A stretch of DNA of 64,000 bases from positions 43,974 to 107,973 of the forward strand of contig JBKJLC010000293.1 of assembly GCA_046597055.1 (NCBI GenBank), in the 5' to 3' direction. A program made the translations under genes and the position numbers. Of the stretch, positions 41,759 through 53,617 are shown one piece after another (within the stretch, counting starts at the first letter, position 1; each line of letters begins with the position of its first letter). Below the pieces are notes generated by a model, which did no database searches, was not told the origin of the DNA, and was given only the letters and a program-made list of their open reading frames with translations. Source of the stretch: Kofleriaceae bacterium. GTDB taxonomy: Bacteria > Myxococcota_A > Polyangia > Haliangiales > Haliangiaceae.

Positions 41759-43066
41759 ATGTTCGATCCCGCCGTGTTCGCTGCGCGACGCAAGGCTTAC
41801 ATGGAGGCGCTCGGCCCCGACGCCGTCGCGATCGTCTCCTCGCTGCCGGAGCGGCTGCGCAACGGCGACGCGCACTATCCGTTCCGGCAGCACTCCGACG
41901 TGCTGTACCTGACCGGGTTCGCCGAGCCCGACGCCACCGTGGTGTTGCGCCCCGGCGCCGAGACCGACCGCGTGACCATGTTCGTGCGGCCGCGCGATCC
42001 GGAGATGGAGACGTGGGATGGCCGCCGGGCCGGGCTCGAGGGTGCCCGCGAGCGCTACGGGGCCGATGCCGCCTATCCCGCGGCCGAGCTGGCCCAGCGC
42101 CTGCCTGACCTGATCGCCAACTGCGAGGAGCTCCACTACCCGCTCGGGCTGCGCGAGGATCTCGACTTGCTGGTCGCAGCCATTCTGGGTCGCCTGCGTC
42201 GGAGCGAGAAGCGCGGCAAGCGGCCGCCGCGCGCGGTGGTCGATCCGCGGGCGGCGCTGCACGAGCTGCGCCTGCACAAGGGCCCCGAGGAGGTCGTCGC
42301 GCTGCGCAAGGCGTCCGCGATCACCAGCGACGCGCACATCGCCGCCATGCGCGCGGGCCGGCCCGGGACCTTCGAGTACGAGCTCGAGGCGTCGATCGAC
42401 TTCACGTTCCGCAGCCGCGGCGGCAAGGGTCCCGGCTACACGACGATCGTCGGCGCCGGCGAGAACGCGACCATCCTCCACTACGTCGAGAACAGCTGCG
42501 CCATCGCCGACGGCGACCTGGTGCTGGTCGATGCCGGCTGCGAGTACGGCTGGTACACCGCCGACATCACGCGGACGTGGCCGGCCTCGGGCCGCTTCAC
42601 CGCCGCGCAGCGCCGGATCTACGACCTCGTCCTCACCGTGCAGAAGGCGGCGATCGCGATGATCCGGCCGGGCGTGACGCTCGACGACCTCCACCAGCAC
42701 TGCGTCAAGCGGCTGACCGCCGGCATGGTCGAGCTCGGCCTCCTGACCGGTCCGGCCGAGGCGCGGGTCGAGGACCTCTCGTACAAGAAGTTCTACATGC
42801 ACGGCACGTCGCACTGGCTCGGCCTCGACGTCCACGACGTGGGGGCGTACACGCGGGGCGGCAAGGCGCGCCCGCTCGCGCCCGGCATGGTGATCACGAT
42901 CGAGCCGGGGCTCTACATCGCCGCCGACGCGCCCGACGTGCCGGCCGAGCTACGCGGCATCGGGGTGCGCATCGAGGATGACGTGCTGGTGACCAGCGAC
43001 GGGCACGAGGTGCTCACCGCCGCGTGCCCGAAAGAGATCGCCGACGTCGAAGCGCTGTGCCGGTAG
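41759..43066 (+). CDS. pepP: Xaa-Pro aminopeptidase
   Basis: FRQHSDVLYLTG, LVDAG, DITRTWP, HWLGLDVHD, EPGLY, GVRIEDD. Confidence 0.93.
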   Translation: MFDPAVFAARRKAYMEALGPDAVAIVSSLPERLRNGDAHYPFRQHSDVLYLTGFAEPDATVVLRPGAETDRVTMFVRPRDPEMETWDGRRAGLEGARERYGADAAYPAAELAQRLPDLIANCEELHYPLGLREDLDLLVAAILGRLRRSEKRGKRPPRAVVDPRAALHELRLHKGPEEVVALRKASAITSDAHIAAMRAGRPGTFEYELEASIDFTFRSRGGKGPGYTTIVGAGENATILHYVENSCAIADGDLVLVDAGCEYGWYTADITRTWPASGRFTAAQRRIYDLVLTVQKAAIAMIRPGVTLDDLHQHCVKRLTAGMVELGLLTGPAEARVEDLSYKKFYMHGTSHWLGLDVHDVGAYTRGGKARPLAPGMVITIEPGLYIAADAPDVPAELRGIGVRIEDDVLVTSDGHEVLTAACPKEIADVEALCR

Positions 43067-43207
43067 CCGTCACTCGTCGCGCAGCCAGTGGCCGTTCTGG
43101 TCGTACCCGCGGTAGCGCGGGTTCCGGCCGGTCGGCCACTTCCGCATGAGTGAGACGCCCGGTCACCAGCCTGCATCCTGGCACGACCGCGGGTATCGTG
43201 GCGGCAC

Positions 43208-43960
43208 ATGCCCGCGCGCCTGGTCACGATCCCGTTCTCCCACTATTGCGAGAAGGCCCGGTGGGCGCTCGAACGCGCCGGCGTCGAGTTCATCGAGGAC
43301 GCGCACCTGCCGATCTTCTCGTACCTGCCGCTGATCCGCCGGCGCGCGCGGCGCACGGTGCCGGCGCTGATCACCGCCGACGGCGCGGTGCTACCCGACT
43401 CGACCGACATCCTGCGCTGGTGCGATCAGCACGGGACCGGGCCCGCGCTCTATCCGCCCGAGCACCCGGACGCGGCGTCGCTCGAGGACGACTTCGATCG
43501 CAAGCTCGGTCCGGCGACCCGGCGCGTCGCCTACTTTCACCTGCTCGCCAGCAAGGCGGCCCTGACCGAGGTCATGAGCAAGAACGTCCCGTCCTGGGAG
43601 CGCAAGGTCGGGCCGATGGTGCGGCCGCTCGCGGCCTCGATGATCCGCCGCGGGCTCAAGATCGACGCCGCCGGGGCCGAGCGGTCGCGCGCGACGATCG
43701 ACGACCTGTTCGCGCGGGTCGCCGAACGGCTCGCCGACGGCCGCCGCTACCTGTGTGGCGATCGCTTCACCGCCGCCGACCTCACCTTCGCCGCGCTGGC
43801 GACCCCGTTGATCGCGCCCGACGCCTTCGCGGCTCGCTACCTGCCGTCCATCGAGCACACCCCGCCGGCGTTCATCGCCGTACGCGATCACTATCGCGCC
43901 ACGCCGGCCGGCCAGCTGGTCGAGCGCCTCTACCAGCACGACCGCACCGCCCGCGCCTGA
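43208..43960 (+). CDS. Glutathione S-transferase family protein
   Basis: SHYCEKARWAL, TVP, DSTDI, GDRFTAADL. Confidence 0.88.
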   Translation: MPARLVTIPFSHYCEKARWALERAGVEFIEDAHLPIFSYLPLIRRRARRTVPALITADGAVLPDSTDILRWCDQHGTGPALYPPEHPDAASLEDDFDRKLGPATRRVAYFHLLASKAALTEVMSKNVPSWERKVGPMVRPLAASMIRRGLKIDAAGAERSRATIDDLFARVAERLADGRRYLCGDRFTAADLTFAALATPLIAPDAFAARYLPSIEHTPPAFIAVRDHYRATPAGQLVERLYQHDRTARA

Positions 43961-44036
43961 CGCCCCGAGCCGAGCGACGCGAGGCGGCTCTGGGGGCCGG
44001 ACTCGCCACGCGCAACCCGCGCCGAGCACTCGGGTT

Positions 44037-44198
44037 CACCCCCGCCGGTCGCTGGGGGCAGAGTCTCCAGACACCCGGTCGCGCTACCCAGCTACGGGTC
44101 GGAATTACCTGATCGAACTGAGGTTTTCCCCAGGTAACCAGACGCAATCGCTCGCAAGAAGTGACCCTGAGGTGCCGAGCCCCCACCGGCAGCGGGTG
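44037..44198. ncRNA. Candidate structured intergenic RNA (6S-like rod with central bubble)
   Basis: Nested stems GCCGGT/ACCGGC, GGGGGC/GCCCCC, GACACC/GGTGCC, GGTCGC/GTGACC, an unpaired centre and apical TTACCTG/CAGGTAA. Confidence 0.35.
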
Positions 44199-44224
44199 GC
44201 ACGAGTCGTGATGTATGTCCCGAC

Positions 44225-45517
44225 ATGCGCACCCTCCGCTCCTGGATCGCCGGCCTGTTCCTCGCCGTCCCCGCGGCCGCCGGCGCCGCTCCCCTGAGTC
44301 AGCTGCCGGCCGCCCAGCCCGCGCCGGCGACCCTGGGCTGGATCGGTGATCCCGGAGCCCTGGGCCCGCGCACGCTGATGCAGGTCATCCCGCCGGTCGA
44401 GCAGATCCCGGCGGTCGGCACCACCACCGTCGTCTACATGAACCGCCGCGGCGCGACCCTGTCGCCGGGCACCAACGACTCGCGCATCAACCGCTCGACG
44501 ATCGTCCAGACCGCCGCGCAGATCCCCGCCTTCGAGGGTACCGACGCGGAGTGGGCGAAGATCATGTCGTGCACGCGGACGATCTTCGCGCCGTTCGACA
44601 TTCGGATCACCGACGTCGATCCCGGCAACGTGCCCCACGTCGAGTCGATCATGGGCGGCACCGCCCAGCAGGCCGGCATGCAGCAGGGCGTGCTCGGCGT
44701 GTCGCCGTTCACGGTCGACTGCCAGGTGATCCCCAACGCCATCGTCTACACGTTCACCCAGTCGACCCGCGCCGCGTACGGCACCACGGCTGGCCTGCCC
44801 GAGGAGATGTGCGAGATCGCCGCCCAGGAGATCGCCCACGCGTTCGGCCTCGATCACCAGCTGCTCGCGTCGGACCCGATGACGTACCTGCAGTACAACG
44901 GCCTCAAGACGTTCCAGAACGTCGAGGCCTCGTGCGGCGAGTCGGTCGCGCGCACGTGCGGGCTGCCCGGCACCGGCGTGGTGTGCGCGCAGAAGCAGAA
45001 CTCGGTCGCGCTGTTGACCCAGCGCATCGGGCTCGGCGACGCGATCGCCCCGACCGTCGCGATCAGCTCGCCCGAGGACGGCGCGACCGTGCCGCTGGCG
45101 TTCACGCTGAACGCCAACGCGACCGACAACGCCGCCATCAGCAAGGTCGAGCTGTACGTCGACGGCCAGCTCGCCGACACCAAGACCGCGGCGCCCTACA
45201 CCTTCGCGGTCGCCAACCTGATCGCCGGGGGCCACGTCCTCGAGGTGAAGGCGTACGACGCCAGGAACGTGGCGCAGACGACCATCAGCGTCACCGCCCG
45301 CAGCGGCGCGCCCCAGCCGACCCCCGACCCGGCGCCCGGCACCGGCCCGGGCAATGGCACCGGTCCCGGCAATGGCACCGGCGAGGACGCCGACGGCGAC
45401 GGCACCGCCGACACCGTCACCGGCGGCTGCTCGACCGGCAACAGCGCCCCCGGCGGCGCCCTGCTGGTGCTCGGCCTCGGCGCCGCGGTGGCCCTCCGCC
45501 GCCGCCGTCGGGCCTGA
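44225..45517 (+). CDS. Secreted metzincin-like protein with Ig-like domain and MYXO-CTERM anchor
   Basis: QEIAHAFGLDH plus Met-turn DPM, PTVAISSP Ig-like domain, GGCS...TM...RRRRR tail. Confidence 0.75.
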   Translation: MRTLRSWIAGLFLAVPAAAGAAPLSQLPAAQPAPATLGWIGDPGALGPRTLMQVIPPVEQIPAVGTTTVVYMNRRGATLSPGTNDSRINRSTIVQTAAQIPAFEGTDAEWAKIMSCTRTIFAPFDIRITDVDPGNVPHVESIMGGTAQQAGMQQGVLGVSPFTVDCQVIPNAIVYTFTQSTRAAYGTTAGLPEEMCEIAAQEIAHAFGLDHQLLASDPMTYLQYNGLKTFQNVEASCGESVARTCGLPGTGVVCAQKQNSVALLTQRIGLGDAIAPTVAISSPEDGATVPLAFTLNANATDNAAISKVELYVDGQLADTKTAAPYTFAVANLIAGGHVLEVKAYDARNVAQTTISVTARSGAPQPTPDPAPGTGPGNGTGPGNGTGEDADGDGTADTVTGGCSTGNSAPGGALLVLGLGAAVALRRRRRA

Positions 45518-45608
45518 CACCAGGCCCGGGCTTGGCGGCCTCGGCCGCCTGCGCCGCGCAGCATGACCAGGGACACCGGGATCCGCCCCGTGCTAAGCCC
45601 AGGACCCG

Positions 45609-45905
45609 ATGCCTCTCACCGGCAAACAACGCCGCCACCTCCGCGCCCTCGGCCACGCGCTCACGCCGCTCGTCCACCTCGGCAAGGGCGGCCTGTCGCC
45701 GGCGCTGGTCGCTCAGGTCGACCAGGCGCTGACCGACCACGAGCTCATCAAGATCAAGATGCTCGACGCCGCCGATGTCGACCGCCACGTCGCCGCCGAC
45801 GAGCTGGCGAGCCAGACCCACAGTCAGGTCGCCCAGGTGCTGGGCTTCACGATCTTGCTGTACCGGCCCGATCCCGACGAGCCGCGCATCACGCTGCCCC
45901 GCTGA
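45609..45905 (+). CDS. yhbY: Ribosome assembly RNA-binding protein YhbY (CRM domain)
   Basis: LTGKQRRHLRALGH, GKGG, HELIKIK, QVLG, LYRP. Confidence 0.92.
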   Translation: MPLTGKQRRHLRALGHALTPLVHLGKGGLSPALVAQVDQALTDHELIKIKMLDAADVDRHVAADELASQTHSQVAQVLGFTILLYRPDPDEPRITLPR

Positions 45906-45980
45906 GCCGAGCGAAGCGCTGGGTCCGTACCGGTCGGGCGCGACGCCCAGCCGCGGCCGAAGGACCAGCCCCGCGTGACC

Positions 45981-46009
45981 CGTCACGACGTCGTCACGAC
46001 CCCGTCACC
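45981..46009 (+). promoter_or_regulatory. Pho box (three 11-bp-spaced GTCAC repeats) upstream of phoB
   Basis: GTCAC at 45982, 45993 and 46004. Confidence 0.7.
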
Positions 46010-46031
46010 GTTCGCATGGTACCCAGATCCC

Positions 46032-46736
46032 ATGCCTGGGTTGTGCCTCATCATCGAGGACGAGGTCGACCTCGCCGCCACGCTCGAGTACAACCTCGTC
46101 CGCGAGGGTTACCAGGTCCGGGTGGCCCACACGGGCACCGCCGGACTCGACGCCGCCCAGACCGAGCCGATCCCCGACGTGGTGATCCTCGATCTGATGT
46201 TGCCCGACCTGTCGGGCACCGAGGTCTGCCGCCGGCTACGGGAGCACGAGCGCACCCGGGACGTCCCGGTCGTGATGTGCACCGCCAAGGGCAGCGAGAT
46301 CGATCGGGTGGTCGGGTTCGAGGTCGGCGCCGACGATTACGTGGTGAAGCCGTACAGCCCGCGCGAGGTGGTGCTCCGCATCCGCGCCATCCTGCGCCGC
46401 GCCCACAAGAGCGAGGCCGAGCCCGAGACGCTGCGGTTCGGCCGGCTCCGGGTCGATCGCGAGGCGCACCGGGCCTGGGTCGACGAGGACGAGATCGTCC
46501 TGACCGCGCTCGAGTTCCGGCTGCTCCACGCGTTCCTGTCGCGCAAGGGCCGGGTCCAGACCCGCGACGCGCTGCTCAGCGACGTCTGGGGCATCGACGC
46601 CGAGGTCACCACCCGGACCGTCGACACCCACGTCAAGCGGCTGCGCGAGAAGCTCGGCGACGCCGGCCAGTACATCGAGACGCTGCGCGGAGTCGGCTAC
46701 CGCTTCCGCGACCAGCCCGATGACGACGAGGGCTGA
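46032..46736 (+). CDS. phoB: OmpR-family response regulator, PhoB-like
   Basis: Receiver plus winged helix (EFRLL, RTVDTHVKRLR, LRGVGY); pst cluster context. Confidence 0.82.
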   Translation: MPGLCLIIEDEVDLAATLEYNLVREGYQVRVAHTGTAGLDAAQTEPIPDVVILDLMLPDLSGTEVCRRLREHERTRDVPVVMCTAKGSEIDRVVGFEVGADDYVVKPYSPREVVLRIRAILRRAHKSEAEPETLRFGRLRVDREAHRAWVDEDEIVLTALEFRLLHAFLSRKGRVQTRDALLSDVWGIDAEVTTRTVDTHVKRLREKLGDAGQYIETLRGVGYRFRDQPDDDEG

Positions 46737-46778
46737 CCGGCGGGCGCCGGTCCGCTGGCGTATGGTCCGGGCCCGCGC

Positions 46779-48494
46779 ATGAACCTCGGGATCGGCTCCA
46801 AGCTCTTCCTGGCCTCGGTCGGGATCATCGTCGTCGTCGAGGCCAGCGCCGCGGTGGTGCTGCGCGCCGAGGTGCGGTCGACGCTCGAGGATCGGGCCGA
46901 GGCCGAGCTGGTGATCATCGCCGACACCGCCCGGATCGTCCTCGAGTCGGTGCCCGACTTCGCCGGGCCCGGCGGCCACGAGCTGGCCCGCAACATCGGC
47001 GCCACCACCCACACCGACGTCGACGTGTTCGACGCGAACGGCGAGGTGCTCGCCAGCTCGAGCCCCGGCGAGTCGGGCGACGTGCTCGGGTTGCCCGAGA
47101 TCCGCGACGCGCTCGATCCGACCCGGGCCCACGGCGTCGCCCGCCGGGGCGAACGCATCCTGGTCGCGCGGCCGTTCCGGCGCGGCGACGGGCTGGGGGT
47201 GGTCCGGGTGGCGTCGACCACCGTCGAGCTCTCGCGCGCGTACCGGCGGCTGTGGGGCGCGCTGTCGCTCGGCGCCGCCGTCGGCCTCCTGGTCGCGGTC
47301 GGCATGACCCTGACCGCGACCACGCTGATCCGGCGGTCGCTGCAGCGCCTGGCCGGCTCGGCGGCCGAGGTCGCGGCCGGCGGCTCCGGGCGGATCCTGG
47401 TCGAGGCCAACCACGAGATCGGCCAGGTCGGCGACTTCATCAACCGCATGGCCGACGACGCCCGCCGCACGGTGTCGGCGCTGCAGCTGGAGCGCGGGCT
47501 CCTCGGCTCGGTGCTGGACGCGATGACCCAGGGCGTGATCGCCGTCGACGGCGAGCGGCGGATGACCCTCATCAACCCGTCGGCGCGCACGATCCTCGAC
47601 CTGCCCGGGGTCCCGCTCGGCGAGGCCTTCATCGATCAGGTCCGGATCCCGGGCGCGGTCGCGCTGGTCGAGCGGGCGCTGGCCGGCGACGGCCCCGACA
47701 GCGCCGAGTTCACCACCCCGGCCGGGGTCCGGGTGCTGGCCCGGGTCTCGCCGCAGCGCTCGGGCTCGGGCTGCATCCTGGTCCTCGACGACGTCACCGC
47801 GATCCGGCGGCTCGAGACGATCCGGCGCGACTTCGTCGCCAACGTCTCGCACGAGCTGCGCACGCCGGTCAGCGTGATCCGCGCCAACGCCGAGACGCTG
47901 ATGTCGGGCGCGAAGGACGATCCCCGGTTCGCCGACCGCCTGATGGAGGGCCTGCACCGCAACTCCGAGCGGCTGGCCCGCATCATCACCGACCTGCTGG
48001 ACCTGTCGCGGATCGAGGCCGGCCAGGTCGCGGTCGAGGCCGAGCCGGTCGGGGTCGCGGCGGCCGCCCAGCAGGCGCGCACCGCGATCGAAGCGCAGGC
48101 CGCCGCGCGTCCGGTGGTGGTCGCGATCGAGGTCGACGACGCCATGGTGGTACGCGCCGATGCCAAGGCGCTCGATCAGGTGCTGGTCAACCTGCTCGAG
48201 AACGCGGTGAAGTACACCGGCGCCGGTGGCCACGTGTGGGTGCGCGCCCGCCGCCGCGGTGAGCTGGTCCGCATCGAGGTCGCCGACGACGGCCCCGGGA
48301 TCGCGGCCCACCACCGCGAGCGCGTGTTCGAGCGGTTCTATCGGGTCGACGCCGGCCGCTCGCGCGAGCTGGGCGGCACCGGCCTCGGGCTGTCGATCGT
48401 CAAGCACCTGGTCGAGACGCTCGGCGGCCAGGTCGGCGTCGACGGCAACGAGCCATCGGGCTCGGTGTTCTGGGTCGAGCTGCCCGCGGCCTGA
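46779..48494 (+). CDS. phoR: Sensor kinase PhoR-like (HAMP-PAS-HisKA-HATPase)
   Basis: RRDFVANVSHELRTP, FERFYRVD, GGTGLGLSIVKH. Confidence 0.85.
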   Translation: MNLGIGSKLFLASVGIIVVVEASAAVVLRAEVRSTLEDRAEAELVIIADTARIVLESVPDFAGPGGHELARNIGATTHTDVDVFDANGEVLASSSPGESGDVLGLPEIRDALDPTRAHGVARRGERILVARPFRRGDGLGVVRVASTTVELSRAYRRLWGALSLGAAVGLLVAVGMTLTATTLIRRSLQRLAGSAAEVAAGGSGRILVEANHEIGQVGDFINRMADDARRTVSALQLERGLLGSVLDAMTQGVIAVDGERRMTLINPSARTILDLPGVPLGEAFIDQVRIPGAVALVERALAGDGPDSAEFTTPAGVRVLARVSPQRSGSGCILVLDDVTAIRRLETIRRDFVANVSHELRTPVSVIRANAETLMSGAKDDPRFADRLMEGLHRNSERLARIITDLLDLSRIEAGQVAVEAEPVGVAAAAQQARTAIEAQAAARPVVVAIEVDDAMVVRADAKALDQVLVNLLENAVKYTGAGGHVWVRARRRGELVRIEVADDGPGIAAHHRERVFERFYRVDAGRSRELGGTGLGLSIVKHLVETLGGQVGVDGNEPSGSVFWVELPAA

Positions 48495-48563
48495 GGTTCG
48501 ATCGCGCGCGCGGGCCGCCACCCGCTCGGTCGCCAGCACTGCTACGGTCGCCGCGGAGGCACC

Positions 48564-49673
48564 ATGAAGACGCGCGCCGCGATCGCATTCGAAGTCGGGA
48601 AGCCGCTGGTGATCGAGGAGGTCGATCTCGAGGGCCCCAAGGTCGGCGAGGTCCTGGTCGAGCTCAAGGCCACCGGGGTCTGTCACACCGACGAGTTCAC
48701 CCGCTCGGGTGCCGATCCCGAGGGGCTGTTCCCGGTGATCTTCGGCCACGAGGGCGCCGGCATCGTGCGCGAGGTCGGGCCCGGCGTCACCAGCCTGGCC
48801 CCCGGCGATCACGTCATCCCGCTCTACACGCCCGAGTGTCGCCAGTGCAAGTCGTGCCTCTCGCGCAAGACCAACCTGTGCACCGCGATCCGCGCGACCC
48901 AGGGCAAGGGGCTGATGCCCGACGGCACCAGCCGCTTCTCGCGCAAGGGCCAGCCCATCCATCACTACATGGGCTGCTCGACGTTCGCCAACCACACGGT
49001 GCTGCCCGAGATCGCGCTGGCCAAGGTGCGCAAGGACGCGCCGTTCACGTCGATCTGCTACCTCGGCTGCGGCGTGACCACCGGGATCGGCGCGGTGATC
49101 TTCACCGCCGGGGTCGAGCCCGGCGCCAGCGTGGTCGTGTTCGGGCTGGGCGGCATCGGGCTCAACGTCGTGCAGGGCGCGCGGCTGGCCGGCGCCGACA
49201 AGATCATCGGCGTCGACGTGAACCCGGCGCGCGAGGCGCTCGGGCGCAGCTTCGGCATGACCCACTTCGTCAACCCGCGCCAGGTGACCGGCGACCTGGT
49301 CGGGCACCTGGTCGAGCTCACCGGCGGCGGCGCCGACTACAGCTTCGAGTGCGTCGGTGACGTGAAGCTCATGCGCCAGGCGCTCGAGTGCTGTCATCGC
49401 GGCTGGGGCGTCAGCGTCATCATCGGCGTCGCCGGCGCGGGCCAGGAGATCGCGACCCGACCGTTCCAGCTGGTCACCGGCCGGGTCTGGAAGGGCACCG
49501 CGTTCGGCGGCGCGCGCGGCCGCACCGACGTCCCGCGGCTGGTCGACTGGTACATGGACAAGAAGATCGAGATCGACCGCCTGATCACGCACAAGCTTCC
49601 GCTCGAGCGGATCAACGAGGCGTTCGACCTCATGCACGCCGGGACGTCGATCCGGACCGTCGTCGAGTTCTGA
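48564..49673 (+). CDS. frmA: S-(hydroxymethyl)glutathione dehydrogenase / class III ADH
   Basis: [40 protein letters not shown]. Confidence 0.95.
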   Translation: MKTRAAIAFEVGKPLVIEEVDLEGPKVGEVLVELKATGVCHTDEFTRSGADPEGLFPVIFGHEGAGIVREVGPGVTSLAPGDHVIPLYTPECRQCKSCLSRKTNLCTAIRATQGKGLMPDGTSRFSRKGQPIHHYMGCSTFANHTVLPEIALAKVRKDAPFTSICYLGCGVTTGIGAVIFTAGVEPGASVVVFGLGGIGLNVVQGARLAGADKIIGVDVNPAREALGRSFGMTHFVNPRQVTGDLVGHLVELTGGGADYSFECVGDVKLMRQALECCHRGWGVSVIIGVAGAGQEIATRPFQLVTGRVWKGTAFGGARGRTDVPRLVDWYMDKKIEIDRLITHKLPLERINEAFDLMHAGTSIRTVVEF

Positions 49674-49811
49674 CCGGCGCCGGCTGGCCAGGCGTGGCGG
49701 GTGGTCCGATCACGCCCGCGCGCGAGCGGCCATCCGGACGTGTCAGCGTTCGGTGACACTGGTTCGTTCCGGAATCCCGAGTCGAACAGGCCACTTGCAC
49801 GGCCGTTGACG

Positions 49812-49841
49812 TGTCGCATGGCTGTTGCCGGGCCGTCACAT
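49812..49841 (+). promoter_or_regulatory. Degenerate Pho box upstream of pstS
   Basis: GTCGC, GTTGC, GTCAC at 49813, 49824 and 49835 (11-bp period). Confidence 0.55.
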
Positions 49842-49863
49842 GGGTTTCCTAAGGTCGAGAACG

Positions 49864-50868
49864 ATGCGACGCACAGCGCTTCTCCTCTCGGCCCTGGTCA
49901 TCTTCCCCCTCACCGCGAGCTGCTCGAGCCGCAAGGCGAAGGGCGGCTCGGTGAAGGTCGATGGCTCCTCGACCGTGTTCCTCATCAGCGCCGCGGTCGC
50001 CGAACAGTTCCGGAAGACCGGTGGCGGCGACGCCTCGGTCGGCGCGTCGGGCACCGGCGGTGGCTTCAAGAAGTTCTGCGCCGGCGAGATCGACGTGGCC
50101 GGCGCCTCGCGGCCGATCAAGCCCGCCGAGATCGACGCGTGCAAGCAGGGCGGCGTCGAGTGGATCGAGCTGCCGGTCGCGTACGACGGCATCGCGGTGG
50201 TGGTCTCGCTCAAGAACACCTGGGTCGACCACCTGACCGTCGAGGAGCTCAAGAAGATGTGGGTGCCCGAGGCCCAGGAGAAGATCACGAACTGGTCGCA
50301 GATCCGCGACGGCTTCCCCGACCGGCCGCTGCGCCTGTTCGGCGCCGGCGTCGACTCTGGCACCTACGACTACTTCACCGCGGCGATCGTCGGCAAGGAG
50401 CACTCGAGCCGCGGTGACTACACGCAGAGCGAGGACGACAACACGCTGGTCCAGGGGGTCGGCGCCGACGACAACGCGATCGCGTTCTTCGGCTTTGCCT
50501 ACTACACGGAGAACAAGGACAAGCTGAAGATCGTCCCGATCGAGGACGGCAAGGCCGAGAACGGCGCGGGCCCGATCACGCCGAGCCCCGAGACGATCAT
50601 CAAGGGCACCTACCAGCCGCTGGCCCGGCCGGTCTTCATCTACGTGTCGGTCAAGGCCGCGGCCAAGCCACACGTCGAGAAGTACGTGACCTTCTATCTC
50701 GACCAGGCGGCGGCGCTGTCGGCCCGGGTTGGCTACGTGGCGCTGCCCGCGCCGGTGTACGACCTCGCCAAGAAGCGGTGGACCGAGCGCAAGACCGGCT
50801 CGGTGTTCGCCGGCGGCTCCAAGGTCGGCGTGACGCTCGAGTCGTTGCTCGCCAGCGAAGGCGGCTGA
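49864..50868 (+). CDS. pstS: Phosphate ABC transporter substrate-binding lipoprotein
   Basis: [31 protein letters not shown]. Confidence 0.93.
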   Translation: MRRTALLLSALVIFPLTASCSSRKAKGGSVKVDGSSTVFLISAAVAEQFRKTGGGDASVGASGTGGGFKKFCAGEIDVAGASRPIKPAEIDACKQGGVEWIELPVAYDGIAVVVSLKNTWVDHLTVEELKKMWVPEAQEKITNWSQIRDGFPDRPLRLFGAGVDSGTYDYFTAAIVGKEHSSRGDYTQSEDDNTLVQGVGADDNAIAFFGFAYYTENKDKLKIVPIEDGKAENGAGPITPSPETIIKGTYQPLARPVFIYVSVKAAAKPHVEKYVTFYLDQAAALSARVGYVALPAPVYDLAKKRWTERKTGSVFAGGSKVGVTLESLLASEGG

Positions 50869-50869
50869 C

Positions 50870-51820
<951 letters not shown>

Positions 51821-51838
51821 CCGGACCCCTCGAGCGAG

Positions 51839-52723
51839 ATGACCATGGCCCGCCCACCGATCGACATCGCCGCCCGCCGCGAAGGCATCCTCGCCGAGCG
51901 CGGGTTCGTCTGGGTGTGCCGGATCGCCGTGTTCCTGCCGCTGCTGATCCTGACCTGGATGCTCGGCAAGATCATCCTGCTGGGCATCGGCCGGGTCGAC
52001 CTCGCGTTCATCACCGATCCGCCGTCGCAGCTCGAGGCAGCGGCGTCAGGCATCTGGCCGGCGCTGATCGGCTCGCTGTGGCTGATCGTGCTGACCGCGC
52101 TGTTCAGCCTGCCGATCGGGGTCGGCGCCGCGGTCTACCTCGAGGAGTACGGCAAGCGGTCGCGGCTCGCGAACGTCGTCGAGATCGCGATCGCCAACCT
52201 GGCCGGGGTGCCGTCGATCATCTACGGCATGCTCGGGCTGGGTCTGTTCGTGCGCGCGCTCGCCCTCGGCGAGACCGTGCTGGCCGGCGCGCTGACCCTG
52301 GCGATCCTGGTGCTCCCGGTCGTGATCATGTCGTCACGCGAGGCGCTGCGCACGGTCAAGGACGCGCTGCGCGAGGCCGCGCTCGGCCTCGGCGCCACCC
52401 GCTGGCAGACCACCCGCCACGTGGTGCTGCCGATGGCGATCCCCGGCATCCTGACCGGCGCGATCCTCGCGCTGTCGCGGGCGATCGGCGAGACCGCGCC
52501 GCTGGTCGTGGTGGGCGCGGTCGCGTTCGTCATGTACGCGCCCGATGGCCTCGACGCCGAGTACACCGCCCTCCCGATGCAGATCTTCCAGTGGACCTCG
52601 AGCCCACAGCGCGCGTTCTTGCTGAACGCGGCGGCCGGCATCGTGGTCCTGATGTTCACGCTGTTCGCGCTCAACTCCATCGCGATCTTGCTGCGCAACC
52701 GGTACCAGAAGCGCATGTACTGA
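51839..52723 (+). CDS. pstA: Phosphate ABC transporter permease
   Basis: [21 protein letters not shown]. Confidence 0.93.
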   Translation: MTMARPPIDIAARREGILAERGFVWVCRIAVFLPLLILTWMLGKIILLGIGRVDLAFITDPPSQLEAAASGIWPALIGSLWLIVLTALFSLPIGVGAAVYLEEYGKRSRLANVVEIAIANLAGVPSIIYGMLGLGLFVRALALGETVLAGALTLAILVLPVVIMSSREALRTVKDALREAALGLGATRWQTTRHVVLPMAIPGILTGAILALSRAIGETAPLVVVGAVAFVMYAPDGLDAEYTALPMQIFQWTSSPQRAFLLNAAAGIVVLMFTLFALNSIAILLRNRYQKRMY

Positions 52724-52761
52724 CCGGGCCCGCGCCGCATCTGTGCTAAACCGAACGCGCC

Positions 52762-53538
<777 letters not shown>

Positions 53539-53570
53539 GCCGGCCGGCCGTCGCGGAGTTTCTGCGGAGG

Positions 53571-53599
53571 CGTCACGACCGCGTCACGCACGCGTCACC
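53571..53599 (+). promoter_or_regulatory. Pho box upstream of the porin gene
   Basis: GTCAC at 53572, 53583 and 53594. Confidence 0.7.
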
Positions 53600-53617
53600 G
53601 GCTGCGGCGAAGCTGTC

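Noticed and set aside
44197..44212. Sigma54 promoter for the metzincin-like gene
   Set aside because: TGGCAC is present but the -12 element reads GA instead of the essential GC
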